Shown piece after piece: positions 32,135 to 45,389 of a stretch of 64,000 bases of DNA. Made by a program: the position numbers and the translations under genes. The DNA lies in contig CAWIIB010000009.1 of NCBI GenBank assembly GCA_963836075.1, positions 3,264,001 through 3,328,000 on the forward strand, written 5' to 3'. Within the stretch, counting starts at the first letter, position 1. Each line of letters begins with the position of its first letter. Source of the DNA: an uncultured Acidobacteriota bacterium (GTDB lineage Bacteria > Acidobacteriota > JAQAZP01). The notes under the pieces are model-generated. The model was not told the origin of the DNA and made no database searches. It saw nothing but the letters and a program-made list of their open reading frames with translations.

Positions 32135-32965
32135 TCAAGATGTTTCTACGGGAGAATCCACCACCGGCCAGATGGTGGGATCGGGCACGCAGTGCAGTTC
32201 GGAGAAGTAGACGCTCTGCAGCAGCTGGGAGGCGTTGAGGAAAAGCTGGGTGTTGAAGCCGGGATCCCGGGCAAAGTTGAGCACGTTGCGCATCAGGCGG
32301 GGCAGCGCCCCGGCCGGGGTCAGGGCGACTTCGGATGTTTTTTTGTCGCGGACGAGGAAGAAGATCTTCTCCACCGCTACGCCGCGGTTGGCGCCGCCGG
32401 TGGCAAAGAGCCCCCAGAAGGGGGTGCCGAAGGCCTGGAACCGGCCGTCCACGGGCAGGATCACGCTCAGTTCGTCGGTGAGGTGGATGGAGTCGACCTT
32501 GGCCATCTCGGAGATCTCGGATTTGCCCGACTCGGTCACCCCGGTGAAGACGTATCCCTTCTCGTTGCGCACCAACGAGGCAGCGTGGAGAAAGACCCCA
32601 CCCAGTTTTACCGTGCAGATGGTGTAGAAGATCCGGTAGATGGCGTCGAAGCTGTAGATGTTGGGCAGCATCCGGGCGTGGGCCCGGCCTTCCTCCCACT
32701 CCAGGTCCACGGTGAATTCCAACCGTCCGTAGCGGATGATCCCACCGTTGAATGAGACTTCGGGAATGCCGGGCTCCAGGCCGGCCATATGTGCGGAGAC
32801 CACTCCGTTCAACTCGTCCACCAGGTCCACACGGAACTCCACCGCCGGGGAGGAGTTGGTGACCACGAAGGCACCATAGCGCTCGAGCACGTCCTCGATG
32901 ATGTCATCGCGGTTGAATTCGAAACGGCAGGCGATGCCACCAACCTCGAGGGTGATCTGCTGCAC
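32135..32965 (-). CDS. HPr-kinase-related P-loop protein
   Basis: LHAASL...GVTESGKS...LTDE...GTPFWG pattern. Confidence 0.65.
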   Translation of the reverse strand: MQQITLEVGGIACRFEFNRDDIIEDVLERYGAFVVTNSSPAVEFRVDLVDELNGVVSAHMAGLEPGIPEVSFNGGIIRYGRLEFTVDLEWEEGRAHARMLPNIYSFDAIYRIFYTICTVKLGGVFLHAASLVRNEKGYVFTGVTESGKSEISEMAKVDSIHLTDELSVILPVDGRFQAFGTPFWGLFATGGANRGVAVEKIFFLVRDKKTSEVALTPAGALPRLMRNVLNFARDPGFNTQLFLNASQLLQSVYFSELHCVPDPTIWPVVDSPVETS

Positions 32966-33043
32966 GGAAGTATCCCTCCTGATGCGGTTCTGCCATTGAG
33001 ACGGGGATGGCCGCGGAATACCGGCCCGGGAGAGCGCGGATCG

Positions 33044-33985
33044 TCAGTCGAGGATGAACCACTTGGGGTTCATCCGCTTCCCGTCTACCTGCACCTCGTA
33101 GTGCAGATGCGGGCCGGTGCTCCGGCCGGAGTTGCCCACGTAGGCGATCACGTCACCGCGTTTCACGGTCTGGCCCTGGCGGACGTTGTACTCCTTGAGG
33201 TGACCGAAGATGGTTTTGAACCCATCGCCATGGCTGACTTCGAGGATCTTGCCGCCGCGCCGGTCTTTGTAGACCCTGGTCACCTTGCCGTCGGCCGGCG
33301 AGATGATCTCGGTGCCCGGCAGGGCCGAGATGTCGATGCCGTGGTGGAAGGCCTTTTTCCTGGTGAACGGGTCGACTCGCCAGCCAAAGGAACTGGAGTA
33401 GAACCCGACGCCCGGCTCCACGGGCCGGATGGACGGGGTGTGGGCCAGCGTGTCCTCCTGGTCCTCGTAGTGCGATTCCAGGTTCTTGAGGCTCTCCTCG
33501 ATGTTGTTGGACTGCTGATCGAGCTCAGCCATCTCGCTGCGGAGGGTTGCCGATTCACCGCCCGGAAGCTGGGTATCTCCATGGGGTACGAACTCGCTGG
33601 AGTTCTCGCCATCGGGGATGTCTCCCACGCCCTCTTCCAGATTCTGTCTGGACGTGAAGTTGTTCCGGATTCCGGCGATCACGGAGAGCTTGGTGGTGGT
33701 GGCCTCCAGGGAAACCAGTCGCTCCCGCATTTTTTGCGCGGCGATTTCCACCCTGGCGTTTTCCACTCGCAGTGCCTGGTTCTCTTCCTCAACGCTGGAC
33801 AGTCCAGCCAGCTGGTAGCGCAGTTTGAAGTTCTCCACCAGTGAGTAACCGGAAAAAAGGACCACTGCTATGGCGACAACAGCGCTGCCGATGAGTAGCC
33901 GCTGGGAGACGTTGAATTTTTTGAAAACGTGCCTGGCGCCGGGAATGACGATCAGCGTTATCTGCTTATGCAGCATGTAGTGCAT
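33044..33985 (-). CDS. M23 family peptidoglycan endopeptidase with TM anchor and coiled coil
   Basis: HHGID, GHL, GRSTGPHLHYEV. Confidence 0.92.
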   Translation of the reverse strand: MHYMLHKQITLIVIPGARHVFKKFNVSQRLLIGSAVVAIAVVLFSGYSLVENFKLRYQLAGLSSVEEENQALRVENARVEIAAQKMRERLVSLEATTTKLSVIAGIRNNFTSRQNLEEGVGDIPDGENSSEFVPHGDTQLPGGESATLRSEMAELDQQSNNIEESLKNLESHYEDQEDTLAHTPSIRPVEPGVGFYSSSFGWRVDPFTRKKAFHHGIDISALPGTEIISPADGKVTRVYKDRRGGKILEVSHGDGFKTIFGHLKEYNVRQGQTVKRGDVIAYVGNSGRSTGPHLHYEVQVDGKRMNPKWFILD

Positions 33986-34163
33986 CTCCCCACGAGGACG
34001 AACTCAACCATCCCCGTTGTATGAAAGGCTACAACTTATTGAAAAAAATGCCGGTAAGGCAACAAACCGGCGTTTCATCCATTGCACATCGTTTGAACAC
34101 AATCGACGAATTCTTAACCGAAAGAGCCCCGTTTGTCAAGGAAACCTGACCCACCTGTGACAT

Positions 34164-34178
34164 TGAAAATAGTTATCA
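34164..34178. promoter_or_regulatory. Fur-family box-like site
   Basis: TGAAAAT-A-GTTATCA, 12/14 match to TGATAAT-N-ATTATCA. Confidence 0.4.
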
Positions 34179-34366
34179 TAACGAATGTCATGTTGGGAGT
34201 TTCGTCAAAAAATCAACATGCAGGTGTTGACATGTCACTTCCATGACTCGTCTGTTGCACCGTACAATCTGCCGCCCCGGGTTTCCGGGAACTGTGCCAG
34301 CGGTTACAATGCCCGGCGCGGCTCTCGCCGCTTGAAACAGCGGGCCGCAAAGAAACGGAGAAGACG

Positions 34367-35272
34367 ATGGATGCACACCTGGGACAACTGGCCGCCCTGG
34401 CCACGGCCATCTGCTGGACCGTCACCGCCATGGCCTTCGAGTCGGCGGGCAAGCGGGTGGGTTCGCTGCCGGTGAACCTGTTGCGGCTGCTGATGGCCAT
34501 CGTCTTTCTCAGCCTCTACTCGCTGGTGATGCGCGGTCGGCTGTTTCCCACCGATGCTTCGGCGCACGCCTGGCTCTGGCTCTCGGTTTCCGGAATCATC
34601 GGCTTCCTGCTGGGCGATCTCTTCCTCTTCCGTGCCTTCGTGGTCATCGGCGCGCGGATTTCCATGCTGATCATGTCTGCCGTGCCGCCGATCACGGCAC
34701 TGCTGGGCTGGCTGTTGCTGGACGAACGGCTCAGTAGCACCAACCTGGTGGGCATGGGCCTGACCATGGCCGGAATTATCTGGGTTGTGCTGGAGCGGGG
34801 GAGGGGCGAAGCCGGCACGGCCGGGGAGTCCCGGGGATCCCGTCCGCTGGCCGGCATTCTGATGGCCTTCGGCGGCGCCTTGGGGCAGGCGGTGGGCCTG
34901 GTGCTGAGCAAGTACGGCATGGGCGACTACGATGCTTTCGCCGCTACCCAGATACGGATTATCGCCGGCGCCATCGGTTTTGTTCTTCTTTTCTTCATCC
35001 GTCCCACCTGGCGCAGGGTGGGGACGGCGCTCCGTGACCGCCCGGCCATGGGGCGTATTACCCTCGGTGCCTTTTTCGGACCGTTCCTCGGCGTATCGTT
35101 ATCGCTGCTGGCGGTGCAGTACACCGAGTCGGGCGTGGCGGCGACGATCATGTCCATCGTACCGGTGCTGATCATTGTCCCGGCGATCATCGTCTTCAAG
35201 GAGCGGCCCACGGTGCGGGAGGTGGTGGGGGCTATCGTGGCGGTGGCCGGCGTGGCGGTGATGTTCCTCTGA
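34367..35272 (+). CDS. DMT/EamA family transporter
   Basis: About ten hydrophobic helices in two EamA repeats. Confidence 0.88.
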   Translation: MDAHLGQLAALATAICWTVTAMAFESAGKRVGSLPVNLLRLLMAIVFLSLYSLVMRGRLFPTDASAHAWLWLSVSGIIGFLLGDLFLFRAFVVIGARISMLIMSAVPPITALLGWLLLDERLSSTNLVGMGLTMAGIIWVVLERGRGEAGTAGESRGSRPLAGILMAFGGALGQAVGLVLSKYGMGDYDAFAATQIRIIAGAIGFVLLFFIRPTWRRVGTALRDRPAMGRITLGAFFGPFLGVSLSLLAVQYTESGVAATIMSIVPVLIIVPAIIVFKERPTVREVVGAIVAVAGVAVMFL

Positions 35273-35302
35273 GGATCACCGCCGCCACGCCGTCCGGGTC
35301 TG

Positions 35303-37528
<2,226 letters not shown>

Positions 37529-37681
37529 GTTCTGTCCTCGTAGCAAAAGTGAGTTGTTTTTATGTATGTATAGCCGTCGATCCTGGCTCGATCGATGAAG
37601 GAGGTCCGCTACGGAAAGTGCCCTTCTCGGCAAGCGGAAGCAGCTGCAAAAACAGAAGAATAGGGGATAGGTCAACGTGCG

Positions 37682-39410
37682 TCAAGCGCTGCGCGACGCT
37701 TTCTCCAGCGCCCGGCGCAGCTTGCGGTTCCCGGCCAGCAGGCGCACGAACCCGCTCTCCTGTGGACGGCCCTTGGCCCGGATCAGCTCCACCAGGTCCT
37801 TCCTTTCCCCGGCGGGCCACTTCTCCAGGCCGGGGATCAGCGAGAACATCGGCGCCAGCCGCCGGAACCAGAGACGTTCCATGGCCGGCCACTTGTCACG
37901 GCCCCGGACGCCAAGCCCGGCGGCCAGCTGGTCCGCCGACCCGGCCAGCGCCTTCTCCCGGTCGCCGCCGAACCGTTCACCGATCAGCCGGGTGGTGGCC
38001 AGGCTCAGCCCGGTGAGCGGGAACGGGTCACGGATCTTCTCCGGGTCGCCCTTCATGGTGTAGTACATGTCGCTCACCGCCAGCTTCTTCAGCGTGGCGA
38101 TGGGGGTGCGGTAGCCCGGTCTGCGCCTGATCTTCTTCAGCTCTGCCTCGCCGAGGGTCCGGTACGTCCGGGTTTTCGGAGATGAACCCCAGCTTGCGGT
38201 AGAACCAGAAGGAGCCGGACTGCAGGCCCTCGTCGTTCTCGTAGCCCACCTGGTAGCGTTCCATGCGGAACCGGGTGCAGCCGAAGTGCTGGTGGAAGAC
38301 CCGCAGATACTGGGAGAAGATGTAGGCCGCCTCGCCGCCGCGCCAGGTGTCGAAGATGTTGATCGCGATCTCGCACTGGTCAAAGAGGATCGCCCCCACG
38401 CCGTAGCCGATGACGTAGCCGTTCTTGATGATCAGCGCGGCGTAGTCGCTCTCCACGGGCAGCCGGTAGTCCGGCTTCATGCCGAAGAGCACCAGCTGGT
38501 AGCCGCGGTTGCAGCGGGCCACGATCACCTCGTCCGGGGAGGCGTATTCCACGGGGTAGAGGCCCCGGTGACGGACGGCCAGGGCGCAGCGGATGGTTTT
38601 GATCAGCTGCCGGGCGGTCCGCGGCGAGGCGAGGCTGATCCGGTCCAGCGGCCGCTTCACCTCCCGGTTGAAGTTCTCCATCTTTCGCAGCAGCGGGCCC
38701 TCATGAAAGTAAGGAACGCCGCCGCTGACTTTTGCATGGGTCCGGCAGGCCGGCGAGTCGCCCAGCTGCCAGGCCACCGGCAGTTCCAGGGCGTCGTAGA
38801 GCTGCCGCTTGACCAGGTAGGGCACCTTCAGGCGGTCCAGCCGGGCCAGCAGCCACTGCAGCGCGCTTTGTCCATCCTGTCCCCGGGCCAGGTCGACCCA
38901 CTCCTCGGTTGAGACCGGGGCCAGGTCGAGACCGTCGCTTTCCGCCCAGGAGGCCAGCAGCGGCAGCAGGGCGTCGAGCTTTTCGGTGTCCTCGAACTCC
39001 TCCCACTGGATCTCCAGCTTCGGGCCATACCACTTCACCAGCTCGGCCACGGTGGTGTGGTCATACTGGTAACTCACCGCTGTTTCGGGGAGCGCTTCCT
39101 CGTCAAGTGCTTCCGCGGCATCCGGATCTTCTTCCCTGAGCCGCAGCACCCGCTGCCCGAAGCGGTCGCACTCCCGGCGGGTGATGCGGAACACCTCCCT
39201 GTCGTCGGGGTAGACACGGATAAAGAGCAACGCCTCGTGATACTCCAGCAGCAGTTCGGGGTCGAGAATCTCCGTCCCCGAGAGCTGCTGCAGCAGGGCC
39301 AGCTTCCACTGTCGCGGCTCTTCACCAAACTGGTTGCGCAGCTGGACCAGCAATCTGATCTGCTTGCCGAGGGATACTGGGAGACGCGGGATGGTGTTCT
39401 GTTTGGTCAT
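37682..39410 (-). CDS. Hypothetical protein (~575 aa) with possible GNAT-like motif; frameshift ~38162
   Basis: GAGGA RBS; ENPDV joins RTLGEAELKK after removing one base; SGSFWFYRKLGF. Confidence 0.7.
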
Positions 39411-39516
39411 GGTTATCCTCGTATTTCGGTTGTGGGGCTTCATAGTAGGAGAGATTGTCGGGGATTTCCAGTGGCGGACCGCGATAATCGAGGTGCCGGC
39501 ACCCTTTTTTAAGCTG

Positions 39517-41058
39517 TCACCGGCCTAGCCAGAGCTTGCGGTCCAGCACCCGGTACCGGATCGCCTCGGCCACGTGCTCGGCCGCAACCCCCTTCGACCC
39601 CGCCAGGTCGGCCAGGGTGCGGCCCAGCTTCAGCACCCTGGCCCGGCTGCGGGCGCTCAGACCCAGCTGCTTCATCGCCCGGCGCAGCAGCGCAGCGGCA
39701 TCGGCGGGCAGGGCACAGACCGTTTCCAGTTCACGGGGTGACAATCCGGCATTGGTGGCCGCCCGGCCGTAGCGCTCGGCCTGCACCGCCCGGGCCGAGG
39801 CCACCCGTGCGGCCATCGCTTGCGACCCTTCGCCCCGCTCCACCGATTCAAGGTCCTCCAGCTTCACCGCCGGCACCTCCACCTGGATGTCGATGCGGTC
39901 GAGGAGCGGGCCTGAAATCCGCGAGAGGTAGCGCTGGATCTGTGGTGCGGAGCAACTGCACTCCCGCCGGGAATCACCCAGGAAACCGCAGGGGCAGGGG
40001 TTCATGGCTGCGGCCAGCATGAAGTCGGCGGGGAAGCGGGCGGTGCGGTTGCTTCGGGTGACGTGGATCACCCGCGATTCCAGCGGCTGGCGCAGCACTT
40101 CCAGCACGTGGCGGCGGAACTCGGGCAGTTCGTCGAGGAAGAGGATGCCGTTGTGGGCCAGGGTGGCTTCGCCTGGTGTGGGGACCTGGCCCCCGCCGAT
40201 CAGGCCCGGGGCAGTGATGGTGTGGTGGGGCGAGCGGAAGGGCCTCTGCCGCACCAGCCCGTGACCGTTGTGCGGCAGACCCGCCGCGCTGTAGATACAG
40301 CAGGACTCCAGCGCCTCGTCACCGGTCATCGCCGGCAGGATGGTGCGGATCCGGCCGGCCAGCATGGTCTTGCCCGACCCTGGCGGACCGATGAGCAGCA
40401 GGTTGTGACCCCCGGCCACCGCCGCCTCGATGGCCCGCTTGGCCTGTTCCTGGCCCTTGACGTCGGCGAAGTCCTCGTCCTCCCTGGTGGAATGTGTATT
40501 TCCCACTGCTACGATACCAGGAGGGCCACCGGGAAGGGGGGAGGGCTCCACCTGACCCCGCAGGATGGCCACGGCCTCGTCCAGCGAGTCCACCGGCAGG
40601 ACGTTCAGGCCGTCAACCAGCCCCACTTCCCGGGCATTCTCATGGGGCAGCATCAGGCCGAGGCCCAGACGGCGGGCCAGCAGAGCCGCCGGCAGGGCCC
40701 CGCGCACCGAGCGCAGGGTGCCGTCGAGGCTCAGCTCACCCATGGCGAGAAGCTTGCCCATGCTGCCCGGAGGCACCACGTCCGAAGCGGTGAGCACCCC
40801 CAGCGCGATGGGCAGGTCCAGGGCGCTACCCTCCTTGCGCAGGTCGGCCGGGGCCATGTTGATCACCAGCTTCTGCCGGGGGAATTCAAAGCCGGAGTTG
40901 ATGATCGCCGACTTGACCCTCAGCTGGCTCTCGCGCACCGCGGCATCGGGCAGACCGGCGATATGGACTCCGGGGATCCCGCGGAGCAGGTCAACCTCCA
41001 CCTGGACCCTGAGCGCTTCCACTCCCAGAAGGCTGGCTGTGACGACACGTGCGAGCAT
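39517..41058 (-). CDS. comM: YifB/ComM Mg-chelatase-like AAA+ ATPase
   Basis: GLPDAAVRES, PADLRKEGSALDL, GPPGSGKT, PFRSPHH, AMNPCPCG, SGPLLDRID. Confidence 0.9.
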   Translation of the reverse strand: MLARVVTASLLGVEALRVQVEVDLLRGIPGVHIAGLPDAAVRESQLRVKSAIINSGFEFPRQKLVINMAPADLRKEGSALDLPIALGVLTASDVVPPGSMGKLLAMGELSLDGTLRSVRGALPAALLARRLGLGLMLPHENAREVGLVDGLNVLPVDSLDEAVAILRGQVEPSPLPGGPPGIVAVGNTHSTREDEDFADVKGQEQAKRAIEAAVAGGHNLLLIGPPGSGKTMLAGRIRTILPAMTGDEALESCCIYSAAGLPHNGHGLVRQRPFRSPHHTITAPGLIGGGQVPTPGEATLAHNGILFLDELPEFRRHVLEVLRQPLESRVIHVTRSNRTARFPADFMLAAAMNPCPCGFLGDSRRECSCSAPQIQRYLSRISGPLLDRIDIQVEVPAVKLEDLESVERGEGSQAMAARVASARAVQAERYGRAATNAGLSPRELETVCALPADAAALLRRAMKQLGLSARSRARVLKLGRTLADLAGSKGVAAEHVAEAIRYRVLDRKLWLGR

Positions 41059-41271
41059 GGATGACCTGAAGCCGCTTTTGCAGCGCATCAATGAACTTCT
41101 GTTTTGATACAGAAGTGAATACGGCAGCAAGATCTGTTCCACGCCGAAGCAGTGCAAAAGAGATTGTGGTCAGGAGCGAGAGTGGTGATCGTCGGGTTTG
41201 TAGTGCCAACTGCCGGATTCATGCTGTTACGGGAAGTTGTCGAGCGATTGAAGAAATGACAGTCCGGGCAG

Positions 41272-43875
41272 CTAGCCGAAGAGCGGGTTTGCCCTGGGAT
41301 AGTCGGGTGGACCATCACCGTGGGCATTGTTCGCCCGCAGCGCTTTGGTCACCGTATCCCTGACCCCTTCGGAGTCCAGCGGCTTGGGCAGGACCCAGGG
41401 GCTGATCGAAGAGAGGAAATCGACAACCGCCCGGTTGTTCAGATCGCCGGTGGTGAAGACCACTCGCCCCTCCATGTCGGGGCGCTCGGAAATGATGGAG
41501 TGGTAGAGTTCCATGCCGTTCATTCCCGGCATTCGTATGTCGGTGATCACCAGATCGTAGGCCGTTGAGCGAACCTTGCGGCAGGCCTCTTCGCCATTGG
41601 AGGCGGTGTCCAGCCGGTGGCCGAGGTCGGCCAGGACATCGAGGAAGAGATCGATGATCATCGGCTCATCATCCACCACCAGGATGTTGGATACCCCTGA
41701 GTTGTTGAGGATGCGGTCCGCGTCTTCCGCCGGGTCCTCGCCGACAAATACCTCCTGATTCTCGAGGATCGGGAGTTCCACGACAAATGTCGTGCCTTCG
41801 CCCCTTCGGCTGCGGCAACTGATCTGTCCTCCGTGCTCCCGCACGATGCCGTAGGTCACCGAAAGGCCCAGGCCCGTTCCCCCTCCCTGCTCCCTGGTGG
41901 TGAAGAAGGGGTCGAAGATCCGCTTCCGCGTCGCCTCTTCCATTCCCTCGCCATTGTCGGTAACCGCGATGCGGATCATTCCGTCCTCGTGTGACGTGTG
42001 GACCACCAGGCACCCGGGACGATCCGGCAGTACCGTCATCGCCTGGCGGGCATTGTTGAACAGGTTGAGAAAGACCTGCTGCATCCGGTGGAAATCGAGC
42101 ATGGTTCGGGGGACCTCGGGACTCAGTTCACGTACCAGTTCGATCTGGTTCTCCTCAAACCTGTCCTTCAACAGCTCGAGGGTTTTTTCGAGGATACCGT
42201 TGACGCCGAGATATGTTCGTTCGGGCTGGTAGCCCCTGACAAATGAAAGCAGGTTCTGCACGATCTTCTGGCAGCGAATGGCTGAATCGTGAATTTTTCC
42301 CAACTCGCGGATCATCGGGCTGTTGGCGTTGCGGACCATGAGCAGTTGCGAGAAACCGAGGACGACGCTCAGGGGGTTGTTCAGTTCGTGGGTCACACCG
42401 GAGATGGCCTCACCGATGGCGGACAGTTTCTCCGCCTGCAGCAACTTTGACTGGGCCGCCTTCAGTTCGGTGACATCACGGCCCAGCCAGACGGTACCAT
42501 CGAGGTCGTTCTGCTCGTTGCGCAGGATCGACATGTTCAGTTCCAGTTTGACTTCGGAACCGCCCTTTCTGGACAGGCTGGCGGAATATCGCGTGATTTC
42601 TTTCATCTCGAGAATCCGGTCCACCAGACCGCTGTCCCTCTCTTCTTCGAAAAGAACCCGGAACGACTTGCCCAGCAAGTCGCTCTTGCTGTGGCCGGCA
42701 AGCCGTTCGGCGCTGTGGTTGAACTCTGTGATCAGGCCTTCGTTGTCCGTGGTGAGGATGAAGTCCGGGGAATGGTTCAGCACACGTTCCAGCTTGCGGA
42801 TGGTGAGGTGGCGGCCGCGCGACTCCTTGATCACCTGTCGGTGGAGCATCGCATTTTTGAAGGCGTTTGCCGACGCCCGGGCCACGGCAGTGCAGAACTT
42901 GATCTCCCTGGCGCTGAACTGCTGGTTGTCCCGGGCCGTCTTGAGACAGAGCGTACCCAGCAGATCGTCCCCGAAGGTCAGCGGGATTACGAGAATGGAT
43001 TGGAAGTTCAGGTCCTTGAGGATCTCCCTGACCTCGGCCATCAGCGGATCGCTGATCACATTCTGGACCACCACGGGATTCCGGGTCCGGATGGCTTCGC
43101 GGATTTCGGGATATTTATCGAGGTCGATCTCCAGCATGTAGACATCGGGGTCGTCGTGGGAAGACATGACCAGGCATTTCCTGGTGGTTTCGTCGAGGAA
43201 GAGAAGGGAGCACCGGACCGCCGGAACGATTTTGGTAATCTGGCGCACGATGCCGTGGGTCACCTCCCGCAGGTCCAGGGAGGACGTGATGGTTTCCAGA
43301 ATGTTCAGCAGGGCGGAGAGTTCACGAACCTCCTGTTGCTCCACTTCCGATTGTCGCCTGGAACGATGAATCGTTTCGGCCAAATAGTCATAGTACATCC
43401 CCACGGTGCAGAGAAACAGAATCTGGAGCACCAGGTTGTACTGCGACGAGCCGGCCACTCCGGTTTCCAGAACCAGCCATGAATGCAGGGCGCCCACGGC
43501 CAGGGCGCCGGCCAGCATGTGGGATCTGTAGTAGGTGAGCACGGCGACAAGGGCCATGAGAAAGTAAGAGATGAGGATGGCTTTGCCTACCGCGCCTCCC
43601 AGGAGAAGGATTCCGGTGACGATGAACACGATATCGACGGCGCCCACCGCCAGGTCGAAATGCGAGGCGCCCACCACTGGCAGGGGGGCCGCCAGCAGCA
43701 GAATATTGGAGAGGGCAAAGACCACCAGGAGCAGGACCGCGGCCGGACCCGCGCTCTCCACACCGGCGTCGAAGACCAGGCCGCCAAACGCCACGATCAG
43801 CGCGCCCCGAAGAAGAAATATATTGCGCTGCCTGGCGATAGCTGTCGAGGTCACTGTTGAACTGAGTGGCACCAT
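41272..43875 (-). CDS. Hybrid sensor histidine kinase (TM-GAF-PAS-HisKA-HATPase-REC)
   Basis: HELNNPL H-box, NLFNNA, DNGEG, FDPFFTT, GTGLGL, ILVVDDE...[11 protein letters not shown]. Confidence 0.92.
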   Translation of the reverse strand: MVPLSSTVTSTAIARQRNIFLLRGALIVAFGGLVFDAGVESAGPAAVLLLVVFALSNILLLAAPLPVVGASHFDLAVGAVDIVFIVTGILLLGGAVGKAILISYFLMALVAVLTYYRSHMLAGALAVGALHSWLVLETGVAGSSQYNLVLQILFLCTVGMYYDYLAETIHRSRRQSEVEQQEVRELSALLNILETITSSLDLREVTHGIVRQITKIVPAVRCSLLFLDETTRKCLVMSSHDDPDVYMLEIDLDKYPEIREAIRTRNPVVVQNVISDPLMAEVREILKDLNFQSILVIPLTFGDDLLGTLCLKTARDNQQFSAREIKFCTAVARASANAFKNAMLHRQVIKESRGRHLTIRKLERVLNHSPDFILTTDNEGLITEFNHSAERLAGHSKSDLLGKSFRVLFEEERDSGLVDRILEMKEITRYSASLSRKGGSEVKLELNMSILRNEQNDLDGTVWLGRDVTELKAAQSKLLQAEKLSAIGEAISGVTHELNNPLSVVLGFSQLLMVRNANSPMIRELGKIHDSAIRCQKIVQNLLSFVRGYQPERTYLGVNGILEKTLELLKDRFEENQIELVRELSPEVPRTMLDFHRMQQVFLNLFNNARQAMTVLPDRPGCLVVHTSHEDGMIRIAVTDNGEGMEEATRKRIFDPFFTTREQGGGTGLGLSVTYGIVREHGGQISCRSRRGEGTTFVVELPILENQEVFVGEDPAEDADRILNNSGVSNILVVDDEPMIIDLFLDVLADLGHRLDTASNGEEACRKVRSTAYDLVITDIRMPGMNGMELYHSIISERPDMEGRVVFTTGDLNNRAVVDFLSSISPWVLPKPLDSEGVRDTVTKALRANNAHGDGPPDYPRANPLFG

Positions 43876-44498
43876 TTCAGCACGGTCACTTTCGATGGGG
43901 CAGAACCAATCGGTCCCCGGGATCAGGGCGGGGACCGGGCACTGCTAAACCATTGAATTCATGTATCCCCAGTTTCTTATCGAACAACGACCGGGAGTTC
44001 TGTAACCCTGATTCGGGAATTCGAAGCACTTCCCGACCGGGGAAATGGTCGAGAAGGGAGAGGTTGGAGACCATGCGGGAGGATGCTGGGAAATAGCTGA
44101 ACACTATGTGAAAAAAAGACTATACTTTTTTCAGCAAACATGCTACAGTGCTCCCACGTTTTCGGACATGTCGACACGATAGTGAAAGGGCGGTCTTGAG
44201 ATCGCCCTTTTTCTAGTTGTCGATAGGGGTCGAAAACCTGGGGCCGCTGCGGCGGCCGGGGCGGCACCCCTTTCAGACTGCCGGCCCGGTAAAGCTGTCG
44301 TGGCGGCTACTGTTGCTACTATGGGGCCTCAAGGTTTGAATGCTCAGAAAGGATGCGGAGACGGAAGATTAGAAGAAGAGGGCGCCGGAGGTCGATAGCA
44401 CCGGCCGGTGTCGTTAAGTGAACATCAGCCCCACAGGGGGCCCTCCGAGCATTCAGCCAAAGCTTGCTGAGCCGTGAGGACGAATTGAGAGAAAGACA

Positions 44499-44762
44499 AT
44501 GAGTAAGAATATCTACGTTGGCAACCTGTCCTTTGATTCCACTGAGAGTTCTGTCCGCCAGGCGTTTGAAGAGTTTGGCACCGTGGACGAAGTCAAGCTG
44601 ATCACCGACCGCGACACCGGCCGGCCCCGCGGCTTTGGTTTTGTCGTGATGTCTTCGGGCGGCGACGAGGCCATCCAGGCCCTCGACGGCAAAGAGCTCG
44701 ACGGCCGGAATCTGAAGGTTAATGAGGCTCGGCCTCGCGAGGAGCGTCGCCCCCGGTGGTAG
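44499..44762 (+). CDS. RRM-domain RNA-binding protein
   Basis: RNP2 IYVGNL, RNP1 RGFGFV, VNEARPRE. Confidence 0.95.
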   Translation: MSKNIYVGNLSFDSTESSVRQAFEEFGTVDEVKLITDRDTGRPRGFGFVVMSSGGDEAIQALDGKELDGRNLKVNEARPREERRPRW

Positions 44763-44782
44763 ACCTTCCCTAGTTGCCTGAT

Positions 44783-44822
44783 AAAAATGGGATGAAGCTT
44801 CAGGGTTTCATCCCGTTTTTTT
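44783..44822 (+). terminator. Rho-independent terminator (probably bidirectional)
   Basis: A-run, ATGGGATGAAGC/GTTTCATCCCGT stem, T-run. Confidence 0.8.
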
Positions 44823-44844
44823 GTACGGCGGAGGAGGGGATTGT

Positions 44845-45363
44845 TCAGGCCGGTAAATCGATCCAGGGTTCCAGCAGTCTTTCCACTTCCCTGGCCACGG
44901 CGTTCAAGCCGGGGAGGGGGCCATCGGACGCGGTGAGCGAGGTGACGGTGACCAGGAACCGGCCGCTGTGGAATTCCAGGTAATAGCCGTAGCTTTGCCC
45001 GCCATCGCCAATATGGATGGCTGCGCCGCCTTCGCCGGCCCGGCGCTGGTAGATGCAGCCGGCCGCGGCGGTGTCCGACATTTCGAAGAGTTCCAGCATC
45101 AGCCGGCGTTGTTCTCCGTTGGCGTATTCCCTGGCCCTGACCTGCCGGAACCCGCACTCGATCCAGGTCGCTGCTCCACCGTTGATGTAGAGATAGAGAT
45201 CATCCTCGACGTAGTGCTGCGGGTCCCCGTCCGCCCGCCAGCCGGCAGCCTGATCAGGAAGTAGCGGAAGACCGGCCGAATGATCAGCGGGCGGCGTGCA
45301 GTGGACCAGCAGGCCTGCCGATGCCAGCACCGTCAGCAGCAGGGTGAAAACCGTCATCCGCAT
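44845..45363 (-). CDS. Putative lipoprotein, DUF6599-like
   Basis: Signal peptide with Cys; DLYLYINGGA...GF motif; adjacent to DUF362 gene. Confidence 0.6.
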   Translation of the reverse strand: MRMTVFTLLLTVLASAGLLVHCTPPADHSAGLPLLPDQAAGWRADGDPQHYVEDDLYLYINGGAATWIECGFRQVRAREYANGEQRRLMLELFEMSDTAAAGCIYQRRAGEGGAAIHIGDGGQSYGYYLEFHSGRFLVTVTSLTASDGPLPGLNAVAREVERLLEPWIDLPA

Positions 45364-45389
45364 ATCCGCATGTTCCTTCGGGTGGCGCT

